From: Nemertoderma westbladi | Lineage: Eukaryota; Animalia; Xenacoelomorpha | Assembly: GCA_032718475.1 (NCBI GenBank) | Contig: JAUCBJ010007484.1 | Location: forward strand, 1-64,000 | Length of the DNA: 64,000 nt | Direction: 5' to 3' | In this document: positions 49,901 through 64,000 of the stretch, piece by piece | How positions within the stretch are numbered: position 1 is the first letter of the stretch | Layout: each line of letters starts with the position of its first letter | The notes under the pieces: model-generated | What the model was told of the DNA's origin: nothing | The model's database searches: none | What the model saw: only the letters and a program-made list of their open reading frames with translations | Translations under genes and position numbers: made by a program

Positions 49901-52900
49901 AGGAAGTATGTTTGAGTGTAGACTTTAGAACCATAACAGGATGTATGATTGTAGGATGTAGTATGTTTGAGTGTAGACTTTAGAACCATAACAGGGTGTA
50001 TGATTGTAGGATGTATGTTTGAGTGTAGACTTTAGAACCATAACAGGATGAATGATTGTAGGAAGTATGTTTGAGTGTAGACTTTAGAACCATAACAGGG
50101 TGAATGATTGTAGGATGTAGTATGTTTGAGTGTAGTCTTTAGAACCATAACAGGGTGTATGATTGTAGGATGTAGTATGTTTGAGTGTAGACTTTAGAAC
50201 CATAACAGGGTGTATGATAGTAGGATGTAGTATGTTTGAGTGTAGACTTTAGAACCATAACAGGGTGTATGATTGTAGGAAGTATGTTTGAGTGTAGTCT
50301 TTAAAAGCATAACAGGATGAATGATTGTAGGAAGTATGTTTGAGTGTAGACTTTAGAACCATAACAGGGTGAATGATTGTAGGATGTAGTATGTTTGAGT
50401 GTAGACTTTAGAACCATAACAGGGTGTATGATTGTAGGATGTATGTTTGAGTGTAGACTTTAGAACCATAACAGGATGAATGATTGTAGGAAGTATGTTT
50501 GAGTGTAGACTTTAGAACCATAACAGGGTGAATGATTGTAGGATGTAGTATGTTTGAGTGTAGTCTTTAGAACCATAACAGGGTGTATGATTGTAGGATG
50601 TAGTATGTTTGAGTGTAGACTTTAGAACCATAACAGGATGTATGATTGTAGGAAGTATGTTTGAGTGTAGTCTTTAAAAGCATAACAGGGTGTATGATTG
50701 TAGGAAGTATGTTTGAGTGTAGTCTTTAGAACCATAACAGGGTGTATGATTGTAGGATGTAGTATGTTTGAGTGTAGACTTTAGAACCATAACAGGGTGT
50801 ATGATTATAGGATGTATGTTTGAGTGTAGTCTTTAGAACCATAACAGGGTGTATGATTGTAGGATGTATGTTTGAGTGTAGACTTTAGAACCATAACAGG
50901 GTGTATGATTGTAGGATGTATGTTTGAGTGTAGACTTTAGAACCATAACAGGGTGTATGATTGTAGGAAGTATGTTTGAGTGTAGTCTTTAGAACCATAA
51001 CAGGGTGTATGATTGTAGGATGTATGTTTGAGTGTAGACTTTAGAACCATAACAGGGTGTATGATTGTAGGATGTAGTATGTTTGAGTGTAGACTTTAGA
51101 ACCATAACAGGGTGTATGATTGTAGGATGTAGTATGTTTGAGTGTAGACTTTAGAACCATAACAGGGTGTATGATTGTAGGAAGTATGTTTGAGTGTAGA
51201 CTTTAGAACCATAACAGGGTGTATGATTGTAGGATGTAGTATGTTTGAGTGTAGACTTTAGAACCATAACAGGGTGTATGATTGTAGGAAGTATGTTTGA
51301 GTGTAGACTTTAGAACCATAACAGGGTGAATGATTGTAGGAAGTATGTTTGAGTGTAGTCTTTAGAACCATAACAGGGTGTATGATTGTAGGATGTATGT
51401 TTGTGTGTAGACTTTAGAACCATAACAGGGTGTATGATTGTAGGATGTAGTATGTTTGAGTGTAGACTTTAGAACCATAACAGGGTGTATGATTGTAGGA
51501 AGTATGTTTGAGTGTAGACTTTAGAACCATAACAGGGTGTATGATTGTAGGATGTAGTATGTTTGAGTGTAGACTTTAGAACCATAACAGGGTGTATGAT
51601 TGTAGGAAGTATGTTTGAGTGTAGACTTTAGAACCATAACAGGGTGTATGATTGTAGGAAGTATGTTTGAGTGTAGACTTTAGAACCATAACAGGGTGAA
51701 TGATTGTAGGAAGTATGTTTGAGTGTAGTCTTTAGAACCATAACAGGGTGTATGATTGTAGGATGTATGTTTGTGTGTAGACTTTAGAACCATAACAGGG
51801 TGTATGATTGTAGGATGTAGTATGTTTGAGTGTAGACTTTAGAACCATAACAGGGTGTATGATTGTAGGAAGTATGTTTGAGTGTAGACTTTAGAACCAT
51901 AACAGGGTGTATGATTGTAGGATGTATGTTTGAGTGTAGACTTTAGAACCATAACAGGGTGTATGATTGTAGGAAGTATGTTTGAGTGTAGACTTTAGAA
52001 CCATAACAGGGTGTATGATTGTAGGATGTAGTATGTTTGAGTGTAGACTTTAGAACCATAACAGGGTGTATGATTGTAGGAAGTATGTTTGAGTGTAGAC
52101 TTTAGAACCATAACAGGGTGTATGATTGTAGGAAGTATGTTTGAGTGTAGTCTTTAGAACCATAACAGGGTGTATGATTGTAGATTGTAGGAAGTATGTT
52201 TGAGTGTAGACTTTAGAACCATAACAGGGTGTATGATTGTAGGATGTAGTATGTTTGAGTGTAGACTTTAGAACCATAACAGGATGTATGATTGTAGGAT
52301 GTATGTTTGAGTGTAGACTTTAGAACCATAACAGGGTGTATGATTGTAGGAAGTATGTTTGAGTGTAGACTTTAGAACCATAACAGGGTGTATGATTGTA
52401 GGATGTAGTATGTTTGAGTGTAGACTTTAGAACCATAACAGGGTGTATGATTGTAGGAAGTATGTTTGAGTGTAGACTTTAGAACCATAACAGGGTGTAT
52501 GATTGTAGGAAGTATGTTTGAGTGTAGTCTTTAGAACCATAATAGGGTGTATGATTGTAGGATGTATGTTTGAGTGTAGACTTTAGAACCATAACAGGGT
52601 GTATGATTGTAGGAAGTATGTTTGAGTGTAGTCTTTAGAACCATAACAGGGTGTATGATTGTAGGAAGTATGTTTGAGTGTAGACTTTAGAACCATAACA
52701 GGGTGTATGATTGTAGGATGTAGTATGTTTGAGTGTAGACTTTAGAACCATAACAGGATGTATGATTGTAGGATGTATGTTTGAGTGTAGACTTTAGAAC
52801 CATAACAGGGTGAATGATTGTAGGATGTATGTTTGAGTGTAGACTTTAGAACCATAACAGGGTGTATGATTGTAGGATGTATGTTTGAGTGTAGACTTTA

Positions 52901-55900
52901 GAACCATAACAGGGTGTATGATTGTAGGATGTAGTATGTTTGAGTGTAGACTTTAGAACCATAACAGGATGTATGATTGTAGGATGTATGTTTGAGTGTA
53001 GACTTTAGAACCATAACAGGGTGAATGATTGTAGGATGTATGTTTGAGTGTAGACTTTAGAACCATAACAGGGTGTATGATTGTAGGATGTATGTTTGAG
53101 TGTAGACTTTAGAACCATAACAGGGTGAATGATTGTAGGAAGTATGTTTGAGTGTAGTCTTTAGAACCATAACAGGGTGTATGATTGTAGGAAGTATGTT
53201 TGAGTGTAGTCTTTAGAACCATAACAGGGTGTATGATTGTAGGAAGTATGTTTGAGTGTAGTCTTTAGAACCATAACAGGGTGTATGATTGTAGGATGTA
53301 GTATGTTTGAGTGTAGACTTTAGAACCATAACAGGGTGTATGATTGTAGATTGTAGGATGTATGTTTGAGTGTAGTCTTTAGAACCATAACAGGGTGTAT
53401 GATTGTAGGATGTATGTTTGAGTGTAGACTTTAGAACCATAACAGGGTGTATGATTGTAGGATGTATGTTTGAGTGTAGACTTTAGAACCATAACAGGAT
53501 GTATGATTGTAGGATGTAGTATGTTTGAGTGTAGACTTTAGAACCATAACAGGGTGTATGATTGTAGGAAGTATGTTTGAGTGTAGTCTTTAGAACCATA
53601 ACAGGGTGTATGATTGTAGGATGTATGTTTGAGTGTAGACTTTAGAACCATAACAGGATGTATGATTGTAGGATGTAGTATGTTTGAGTGTAGACTTTAG
53701 AACCATAACAGGGTGTATGATTGTAGGAAGTATGTTTGAGTGTAGACTTTAGAACCATAACAGGGTGTATGATTGTAGATTGTAGGATGTATGTTTGAGT
53801 GTAGTCTTTAGAACCATAACAGGGTGTATGATTGTAGGATGTATGTTTGAGTGTAGACTTTAGAACCATAACAGGGTGTATGATTGTAGGATGTATGTTT
53901 GAGTGTAGACTTTAGAACCATAACAGGATGTATGATTGTAGGATGTAGTATGTTTGAGTGTAGACTTTAGAACCATAACAGGGTGTATGATTGTAGGAAG
54001 TATGTTTGAGTGTAGTCTTTAGAACCATAACAGGGTGTATGATTGTAGGATGTATGTTTGAGTGTAGACTTTAGAACCATAACAGGGTGTATGATTGTAG
54101 GAAGTATGTTTGAGTGTAGTCTTTAGAACCATAACAGGGTGTATGATTGTAGATTGTAGGATGTATGTTTGAGTGTAGTCTTTAGAACCATAACAGGGTG
54201 TATGATTGTAGGATGTATGTTTGAGTGTAGACTTTAGAACCATAACAGGGTGTATGATTGTAGGATGTATGTTTGAGTGTAGACTTTAGAACCATAACAG
54301 GGTGTATGATTGTAGGATGTATGTTTGAGTGTAGACTTTAGAACCATAACAGGATGTATGATTGTACGATGTAGTATGTTTGAGTGTAGACTTTAGAACC
54401 ATAACAGGGTGTATGATTGTAGGAAGTATGTTTGAGTGTAGTCTTTAGAACCATAACAGGGTGTATGATTGTAGGATGTATGTTTGAGTGTAGACTTTAG
54501 AACCATAACAGGGTGTATGATTGTAGGAAGTATGTTTGAGTGTAGTCTTTAGAACCATAACAGGGTGTATGATTGTAGGATGTAGTATGTTTGAGTGTAG
54601 ACTTTAGAACCATAACAGGGTGTATGATTGTAGATTGTAGGATGTATGTTTGAGTGTAGTCTTTAGAACTATAACAGGGTGTATGATTGTAGGATGTATG
54701 TTTGAGTGTAGACTTTAGAACCATAACAGGGTGTATGATTGTAGGAAGTATGTTTGAGTGTAGTCTTTAGAACCATAACAGGGTGTATGATTGTAGGAAG
54801 TATGTTTGAGTGTAGTCTTTAGAACCATAACAGGGTGTATGATTGTAGGATGTATGTTTGAGTGTAGACTTTAGAACCATAACAGGGTGTATGATTGTAG
54901 GAAGTATGTTTGAGTGTAGTCTTTAGAACCATAACAGGGTGTATGATTGTAGGAAGTATGTTTGAGTGTAGTCTTTAGAACCATAACAGGGTGTATGATT
55001 GTAGGATGTATGTTTGAGTGTAGACTTTAGAACCATAACAGGGTGTATGATTGTAGAAAGTATGTTTGAGTGTAGTCTTTAGAACCATAACAGGGTGTAT
55101 GATTGTAGATTGTAGGATGTATGTTTGAGTGTAGTCTTTAGAACTATAACAGGGTGTATGATTGTAGGATGTATGTTTGAGTGTAGACTTTAGAACCATA
55201 ACAGGGTGTATGATTGTAGGAAGTATGTTTGAGTGTAGTCTTTAGAACCATAACAGGGTGTATGATTGTAGGATGTATGTTTGAGTGTAGACTTTAGAAC
55301 CATAACAGGGTGTATGATTGTAGGAAGTATGTTTGAGTGTAGTCTTTAGAACCATAACAGGGTGTATGATTGTAGGAAGTATGTTTGAGTGTAGTCTTTA
55401 GAACCATAACAGGGTGTATGATTGTAGGAAGTATGTTTGAGTGTAGACTTTAGAACCATAACAGGGTGTATGATTGTAGGATGTAGTATGTTTGAGTGTA
55501 GACTTTAGAACCATAACAGGATGTATGATTGTAGGATGTAGTATGTTTGAGTGTAGACTTTAGAACCATAACAGGGTGTATGATTGTAGGATGTATGTTT
55601 GAGTGTAGTCTTTAGAACCATAACAGGGTGTATGATTGTAGGATGTAGTATGTTTGAGTGTAGACTTTAGAACCATAACAGGATGTATGATTGTAGGATG
55701 TAGTATGTTTGAGTGTAGACTTTAGAACCATAACAGGGTGTATGATTGTAGGATGTATGTTTGAGTGTAGTCTTTAGAACCATAACAGAGTGTATGATTG
55801 TAGGAAGTATGTTTGAGTGTAGTCTTTAGAACCATAACAGGGTGTATGATTGTAGGATGTAGTATGTTTGAGTGTAGACTTTAGAACCATAACAGGGTGT

Positions 55901-58900
55901 ATGATTGTAGGATGTATGTTTGAGTGTAGTCTTTAGAACCATAACAGAGTGTATGATTGTAGGAAGTATGTTTGAGTGTAGTCTTTAGAACCATAACAGG
56001 GTGTATGATTGTAGGATGTAGTATGTTTGAGTGTAGACTTTAGAACCATAACAGGGTGTATGATTGTAGGATGTATGTTTGAGTGTAGTCTTTAGAACCA
56101 TAACAGAGTGTATGATTGTAGGAAGTATGTTTGAGTGTAGTCTTTAGAACCATAACAGGGTGTATGATTGTAGGATGTAGTATGTTTGAGTGTAGACTTT
56201 AGAACCATAACAGGGTGTATGATTGTAGAATGTATGTTTGAGTGTAGTCTTTAGAACCATAACAGGGTGTATGATTGTAGATTGTAGGATGTATGTTTGA
56301 GTGTAGACTTTAGAACCATAACAGTGTGTATGATTGTAGGATGTATGTTTGAGTGTAGTCTTTAGAACCATAACAGAGTGTATGATTGTAGGAAGTATGT
56401 TTGAGTGTAGTCTTTAGAACCATAACAGGGTGTATGATTGTAGATTGTAGGATGTATGTTTGAGTGTAGACTTTAGAACCATAACAGTGTGTATGATTGT
56501 AGGATGTATGTTTGAGTGTAGTCTTTAGAACCATAACAGGATGTATGATTGTAGAATGTATGTTTGAGTGTAGTCTTTAGAACCATAACAGGGTGTATGA
56601 TTGTAGGATGTAGTATGTTTGAGTGTAGACTTTAGAACCATAACAGGGTGTATGATTGTAGAATGTATGTTTGAGTGTAGTCTTTAGAACCATAACAGGG
56701 TGTATGATTGTAGGATGTATGTTTGAGTGTAGACTTTAGAACCATAACAGGGTGTATGATTGTAGATTGTAGGAAGTATGTTTGAGTGTAGACTTTAGAA
56801 CCATAACAGGGTGTATGATTGTAGGATGTATGTTTGAGTGTAGACTTTAGAACCATAACAGGATGTATGATTGTAGGATGTAGTATGTTTGAGTGTAGAC
56901 TTTAGAACCATAACAGGGTGTATGATTGTAGGATGTATGTTTGAGTGTAGTCTTTAGAACCATAACAGGATGTATGATTGTAGAATGTATGTTTGAGTGT
57001 AGTCTTTAGAACCATAACAGGGTGTATGATTGTAGGATGTAGTATGTTTGAGTGTAGACTTTAGAACCATAACAGGGTGTATGATTGTAGAATGTATGTT
57101 TGAGTGTAGTCTTTAGAACCATAACAGGGTGTATGATTGTAGGATGTATGTTTGAGTGTAGACTTTAGAACCATAACAGGGTGTATGATTGTAGATTGTA
57201 GGAAGTATGTTTGAGTGTAGACTTTAGAACCATAACAGGGTGTATGATTGTAGGATGTATGTTTGAGTGTAGACTTTAGAACCATAACAGGATGTATGAT
57301 TGTAGGATGTAGTATGTTTGAGTGTAGACTTTAGAACCATAACAGGGTGTATGATTGTAGGATGTATGTTTGAGTGTAGTCTTTAGAACCATAACAGAGT
57401 GTATGATTGTAGGAAGTATGTTTGAGTGTAGTCTTTAGAACCATAACAGGGTGTATGATTGTAGGATGTAGTATGTTTGAGTGTAGACTTTAGAACCATA
57501 ACAGGGTGTATGATTGTAGAATGTATGTTTGAGTGTAGTCTTTAGAACCATAACAGGGTGTATGATTGTAGATTGTAGGATGTATGTTTGAGTGTAGACT
57601 TTAGAACCATAACAGTGTGTATGATTGTAGGATGTATGTTTGAGTGTAGTCTTTAGAACCATAACAGAGTGTATGATTGTAGGAAGTATGTTTGAGTGTA
57701 GTCTTTAGAACCATAACAGGGTGTATGATTGTAGATTGTAGGATGTATGTTTGAGTGTAGACTTTAGAACCATAACAGTGTGTATGATTGTAGGATGTAT
57801 GTTTGAGTGTAGTCTTTAGAACCATAACAGGGTGTATGATTGTAGAATGTATGTTTGAGTGTAGTCTTTAGAACCATAACAGGGTGTATGATTGTAGGAT
57901 GTAGTATGTTTGAGTGTAGACTTTAGAACCATAACAGGGTGTATGATTGTAGAATGTATGTTTGAGTGTAGTCTTTAGAACCATAACAGGGTGTATGATT
58001 GTAGGATGTATGTTTGAGTGTAGACTTTAGAACCATAACAGGGTGTATGATTGTAGGATGTATGTTTGAGTGTAGACTTTAGAACCATAACAGGGTGTAT
58101 GATTGTAGGAAGTATGTTTGAGTGTAGTCTTTAGAACCATAACAGGGTGTATGATTGTAGGATGTATGTTTGAGTGTAGTCTTTAGAACCATAACAGGGT
58201 GTATGATTGTAGGATGTATGTTTGAGTGTAGACTTTAGAACCATAACAGGGTGTATGATTGTAGGATGTATGTTTGAGTGTAGACTTTAGAACCATAACA
58301 GGGTGTATGATTGTAGAATGTATGTTTGAGTGTAGTCTTTAGAACCATAACAGGGTGTATGATTGTAGGATGTAGTATGTTTGAGTGTAGTCTTTAGAAC
58401 CATAACAGGGTGTATGATTGTAGGATGTATGTTTGAGTGTAGACTTTAGAACCATAACAGGGTGTATGATTGTAGGAAGTATGTTTGAGTGTAGTCTTTA
58501 GAACCATAACAGGGTGTATGATTGTAGGATGTAGTATGTTTGAGTGTAGACTTTAGAACCATAACAGGGTGTATGATTGTAGAATGTATGTTTGAGTGTA
58601 GTCTTTAGAACCATAACAGGGTGTATGATTGTAGGAAGTATGTTTGAGTGTAGTCTTTAGAACCATAACAGGGTGTATGATTGTAGGAAGTATGTTTGAG
58701 TGTAGTCTTTAGAACCATAACAGGGTGTATGATTGTAGGATGTAGTATGTTTGAGTGTAGACTTTAGAACCATAACAGGGTGTATGATTGTAGAATGTAT
58801 GTTTGAGTGTAGTCTTTAGAACCATAACAGGGTGTATGATTGTAGGAAGTATGTTTGAGTGTAGTCTTTAGAACCATAACAGGGTGTATGATTGTAGGAA

Positions 58901-61900
58901 GTATGTTTGAGTGTAGACTTTAGAACCATAACAGGATGAATGATTGTAGGAAGTATGTTTGAGTGTAGACTTTAGAACCATAACAGGGTGTATGATTGTA
59001 GGAAGTATGTTTGAGTGTAGTCTTTAGAACCATAACAGGGTGTATGATTGTAGGATGTAGTATGTTTGAGTGTAGACTTTAGAACCATAACAGGGTGTAT
59101 GATTGTAGAATGTATGTTTGAGTGTAGTCTTTAGAACCATAACAGGGTGTATGATTGTAGGAAGTATGTTTGAGTGTAGTCTTTAGAACCATAACAGGGT
59201 GTATGATTGTAGGATGTAGTATGTTTGAGTGTAGACTTTAGAACCATAACAGGGTGTATGATTGTAGGATGTAGTATGTTTGAGTGTAGACTTTAGAACC
59301 ATAACAGGGTGTATGATTGTAGGAAGTATGTTTGAGTGTAGTCTTTAGAACCATAACAGGGTGTATGATTGTAGGAAGTATGTTTGAGTGTAGTCTTTAG
59401 AACCATAACAGGGTGTATGATTGTAGGAAGTATGTTTGAGTGTAGTCTTTAGAACCATAACAGGGTGTATGATTGTAGGATGTAGTATGTTTGAGTGTAG
59501 ACTTTAGAACCATAACAGGGTGTATGATTGTAGAATGTATGTTTGAGTGTAGTCTTTAGAACCATAACAGGGTGTATGATTGTAGGAAGTATGTTTGAGT
59601 GTAGTCTTTAGAACCATAACAGGGTGTATGATTGTAGGATGTATGTTTGAGTGTAGACGTTAGAACCATAACAGGGTGTATGATTGTAGGATGTATGTTT
59701 GAGTGTAGACTTTAGAACCATAACAGGGTGTATGATTGTAGGATGTATGTTTGAGTGTAGACTTTAGAACCATAACATGGTGTATGATTGTAGGATGTAT
59801 GTTTGAGTGTAGACTTTAGAACCATAACAGGGTGTATGATTGTAGGATGTAGTATGTTTGAGTGTAGACTTTAGAACCATAACAGGGTGTATGATTGTAG
59901 GAAGTATGTTTGAGTGTAGACTTTAGAACCATAACAGGGTGTATGATTGTAGGAAGTATGTTTGAGTGTAGTCTTTAGAACCATAACAGGGTGTATGATT
60001 GTAGGAAGTATGTTTGAGTGTAGTCTTTAGAACCATAACAGGGTGTATGATTGTAGGAAGTATGTTTGAGTGTAGTCTTTAGAACCATAACAGGGTGTAT
60101 GATTGTAGGATGTATGTTTGAGTGTAGACGTTAGAACCATAACAGGGTGTATGATTGTAGGATGTATGTTTGAGTGTAGACTTTAGAACCATAACAGGGT
60201 GTATGATTGTAGGATGTATGTTTGAGTGTAGACTTTAGAACCATAACATGGTGTATGATTGTAGGATGTATGTTTGAGTGTAGACTTTAGAACCATAACA
60301 GGGTGTATGATTGTAGGATGTAGTATGTTTGAGTGTAGACTTTAGAACCATAACAGGGTGTATGATTGTAGGAAGTATGTTTGAGTGTAGACTTTAGAAC
60401 CATAACAGGGTGTATGATTGTAGGAAGTATGTTTGAGTGTAGTCTTTAGAACCATAACAGGGTGTATGATTGTAGGAAGTATGTTTGAGTGTAGACTTTA
60501 GAACCATAACAGGGTGTATGATTGTAGGATGTATGTTTGAGTGTAGTCTTTAGAACCATAACAGGGTGTATGATTGTAGGATGTATGTTTGAGTGTAGAC
60601 TTTAGAACCATAACAAGGTGAATGATTGTAGGATGTAGTATGTTTGAGTGTAGACTTTAGAACCATAACAGGGTGTATGATTGTAGGAAGTATGTTTGAG
60701 TGTAGTCTTTAGAACCATAACAGGGTGTATGATTGTAGGAAGTATGTTTGAGTGTAGACTTTAGAACCATAACAGGGTGTATGATTGTAGGATGTATGTT
60801 TGAGTGTAGACTTTAGAACCATAACAGGGTGTATGATTGTAGGATGTATGTTTGAGTGTAGACTTTAGAACCATAACAGGGTGTATGATTGTAGGATGTA
60901 TGTTTGAGTGTAGACTTTAGAACCATAACAGGGTGTATGATTGTAGGATGTAGTATGTTTGAGTGTAGACTTTAGAACCATAACAGGGTGTATGATTGTA
61001 GGATGTAGTATGTTTGAGTGTAGACTTTAGAACCATAACAGGGTGTATGATTGTAGGATGTATGTTTGAGTGTAGACTTTAGAACCATAACAGGGTGTAT
61101 GATTGTAGGATGTATGTTTGAGTGTAGACTTTAGAACCATAACAGGGTGTATGATTGTAGGATGTAGTATGTTTGAGTGTAGACTTTAGAACCATAACAG
61201 GGTGTATGATTGTAGGAAGTATGTTTGAGTGTAGACTTTAGAACCATAACAGGATGTATGATTGTAGGAAGTATGTTTGAGTGTAGACTTTAGAACCATA
61301 ACAGGGTGTATGATTGTAGGATGTAGTATGTTTGAGTGTAGACTTTAGAACCATAACAGGGTGTATGATAGTAGGATGTAGTATGTTTGAGTGTAGACTT
61401 TAGAACCATAACAGGGTGTATGATTGTAGGAAGTATGTTTGAGTGTAGTCTTTAAAAGCATAACAGGGTGTATGATTGTAGGAAGTATGTTTGAGTGTAG
61501 ACTTTAGAACCATAACAGGGTGTATGATTGTAGGAAGTATGTTTGAGTGTAGACTTTAGAACCATAACAGGGTGTATGATTGTAGGATGTAGTATGTTTG
61601 AGTGTAGACTTTAGAACCATAACAGGGTGTATGATTGTAGGATGTATGTTTGAGTGTAGACTTTAGAACCATAACAGGGTGTATGATTGTAGGATGTAGT
61701 ATGTTTGAGTGTAGACTTTAGAACCATAACAGGATGTATGATTGTAGATTGTAGGATGTATGTTTGAGTGTAGACTTTAGAACCATAACAGGGTGTATGA
61801 TTGTAGGAAGTATGTTTGAGTGTAGTCTTTAGAACCATAACAGGGTGTATGATTGTAGGATGTAGTATGTTTGAGTGTAGACTTTAGAACCATAACAGGA

Positions 61901-64000
61901 TGTATGATTGTAGGATGTATGTTTGAGTGTAGACTTTAGAACTATAACAGGGTGTATGATTGTAGGATGTATGTTTGAGTGTAGTCTTTAGAACCATAAC
62001 AGGGTGTATGATTGTAGGATGTAGTATGTTTGAGTGTAGACTTTAGAACCATAACAGGATGTATGATTGTAGGATGTATGTTTGAGTGTAGACTTTAGAA
62101 CTATAACAGGGTGTATGATTGTAGGAAGTATGTTTGAGTGTAGTCTTTAGAACCATAACAGGGTGTATGATTGTAGGATGTATGTTTGAGTGTAGACTTT
62201 AGAACCATAACAGGGTGTATGATTGTAGGATGTATGTTTGAGTGTAGTCTTTAGAACCATAACAGGGTGTATGATTGTAGGAAGTATGTTTGAGTGTAGT
62301 CTTTAGAACCATAACAGGGTGTATGATTGTAGGATGTATGTTTGAGTGTAGACTTTAGAACCATAACAGGGTGTATGATTGTAGGAAGTATGTTTGAGTG
62401 TAGTCTTTAGAACCATAACAGGGTGTATGATTGTAGGATGTATGTTTGAGTGTAGTCTTTAGAACCATAACAGGGTGTATGATTGTAGGATGTAGTATGT
62501 TTGAGTGTAGACTTTAGAACCATAACAGGATGTATGATTGTAGGATGTATGTTTGAGTGTAGACTTTAGAACTATAACAGGGTGTATGATTGTAGGATGT
62601 ATGTTTGAGTGTAGTCTTTAGAACCATAACAGGGTGTATGATTGTAGGATGTAGTATGTTTGAGTGTAGACTTTAGAACCATAACAGGGTGTATGGTTGT
62701 AGGATGTAGTATGTTTGAGTGTAGACTTTAGAACCATAACAGGGTGAATGATTGTAGGATGTAGTATGTTTGAGTGTAGACTTTAGAACCATAACAGGGT
62801 GTATGATTGTAGGATGTAGTATGTTTGAGTGTAGACTTTAGAACCATAACAGGGTGTATGATTGTAGGATGTAGTATGTTTGAGTGTAGACTTTAGAACC
62901 ATAACAGGATGTATGATTGTAGGATGTAGTATGTTTGAGTGTAGACTTTAGAACCATAACAGGGTGTATGATTGTAGGATGTAGTATGTTTGAGTGTAGA
63001 CTTTAGAACCATAACAGGGTGTATGATTGTAGGATGTAGTATGTTTGAGTGTAGACTTTAGAACCATAACAGGATGTATGATTGTAGATTGTAGGATGTA
63101 TGTTTGAGTGTAGACTTTAGAACCATAACAGGGTGTATGATTGTAGGAAGTATGTTTGAGTGTAGACTTTAGAACCATAACAGGGTGTATGATTATAGGA
63201 TGTATGTTTGAGTGTAGACTTTAGAACCATAACAGGGTGTATGATTGTAGGAAGTATGTTTGAGTGTAGACTTTAGAACCATAACAGGGTGTATGATTAT
63301 AGGATGTATGTTTGAGTGTAGACTTTAGAACCATAACAGGGTGTATGATTGTAGGAAGTATGTTTGAGTGTAGTCTTTAGAACCATAACAGGGTGTATGA
63401 TTGTAGGATGTAGTATGTTTGAGTGTAGACTTTAGAACCATAACAGGATGTATGATTGTAGATTGTAGGATGTATGTTTGAGTGTAGACTTTAGAACCAT
63501 AACAGGGTGTATGATTGTAGGAAGTATGTTTGAGTGTAGTCTTTAGAACCATAACAGGGTGTATGATTGTAGGATGTATGTTTGAGTGTAGTCTTTAGAA
63601 CCATAACAGGGTGTATGATTGTAGGATGTAGTATGTTTGAGTGTAGACTTTAGAACCATAACAGGATGTATGATTGTAGGATGTATGTTTGAGTGTAGAC
63701 TTTAGAACTATAACAGGGTGTATGATTGTAGGATGTATGTTTGAGTGTAGTCTTTAGAACCATAACAGGGTGTATGATTGTAGGATGTAGTATGTTTGAG
63801 TGTAGACTTTAGAACCATAACAGGGTGTATGATTGTAGGATGTAGTATGTTTGAGTGTAGACTTTAGAACCATAACAGGATGTATGATTGTAGGATGTAG
63901 TATGTTTGAGTGTAGACTTTAGAACCATAACAGGGTGTATGATTGTAGGATGTAGTATGTTTGAGTGTAGACTTTAGAACCATAACAGGGTGTATGATTG
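25976..64000. repeat. 52-bp satellite array, at least 38 kb (roughly 720 monomers), continuing past the right edge
   Basis: Consensus ATAACAGG(G/A)TGTATGATTGTAGGA(T/A)GTATGTTTGAGTGTAG(A/T)CTTTAGAACC, with 55-bp (+GTA) and 59-bp (+GATTGTA) variants. Same orientation throughout; no inserted foreign sequence noticed. Confidence 0.99.

Noticed and set aside
25976-64000. CRISPR-like array, or repeated small genes (MVLKSTLKHTSYNH... ORFs)
   Set aside because: There are no unique spacers or cas genes and the monomers are contiguous. The ORFs arise only where indel variants shift frame past the stop.
25976-64000. Telomeric repeat
   Set aside because: The strand is G/T-rich but has no tandem TTAGGG or TTAGG; the 52-bp unit with indel variants behaves like a satellite.

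Overview
This is animal-type, TE- and satellite-rich DNA with no recognisable host gene, rRNA, tRNA or CRISPR. Bases 1-7483 are the 5' part of an apparently intact BEL/Pao LTR retrotransposon on the minus strand. It has one uninterrupted gag-pol ORF from ATG 5786 running off the left edge, which the ORF track misses because there is no stop in the window. Its LTR/leader carries nested inverted repeats, including an 11-nt complement of a candidate primer-binding site. Three pieces of one RTE-clade LINE family follow (7484-8240 +, 8562-11084 + with a 10-bp TSD, 25542-25639 -). Between 11 and 26 kb lie several tandem arrays: a G-rich TE-end-like array, a 6-kb 43/25-26-bp composite satellite, a near-perfect 33-bp x28 minisatellite, a 56-bp x10 array in a Helentron/DINE-like element, and about 1 kb of (TG)n. 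From 25976 to the window end (38 kb) is a 52-bp satellite with variant domains and local higher-order duplications. Almost all listed ORFs beyond 11 kb are repeat artefacts. I found no clearly new system; the best lead is the possible self-priming/structured leader of the BEL element, which is speculative.
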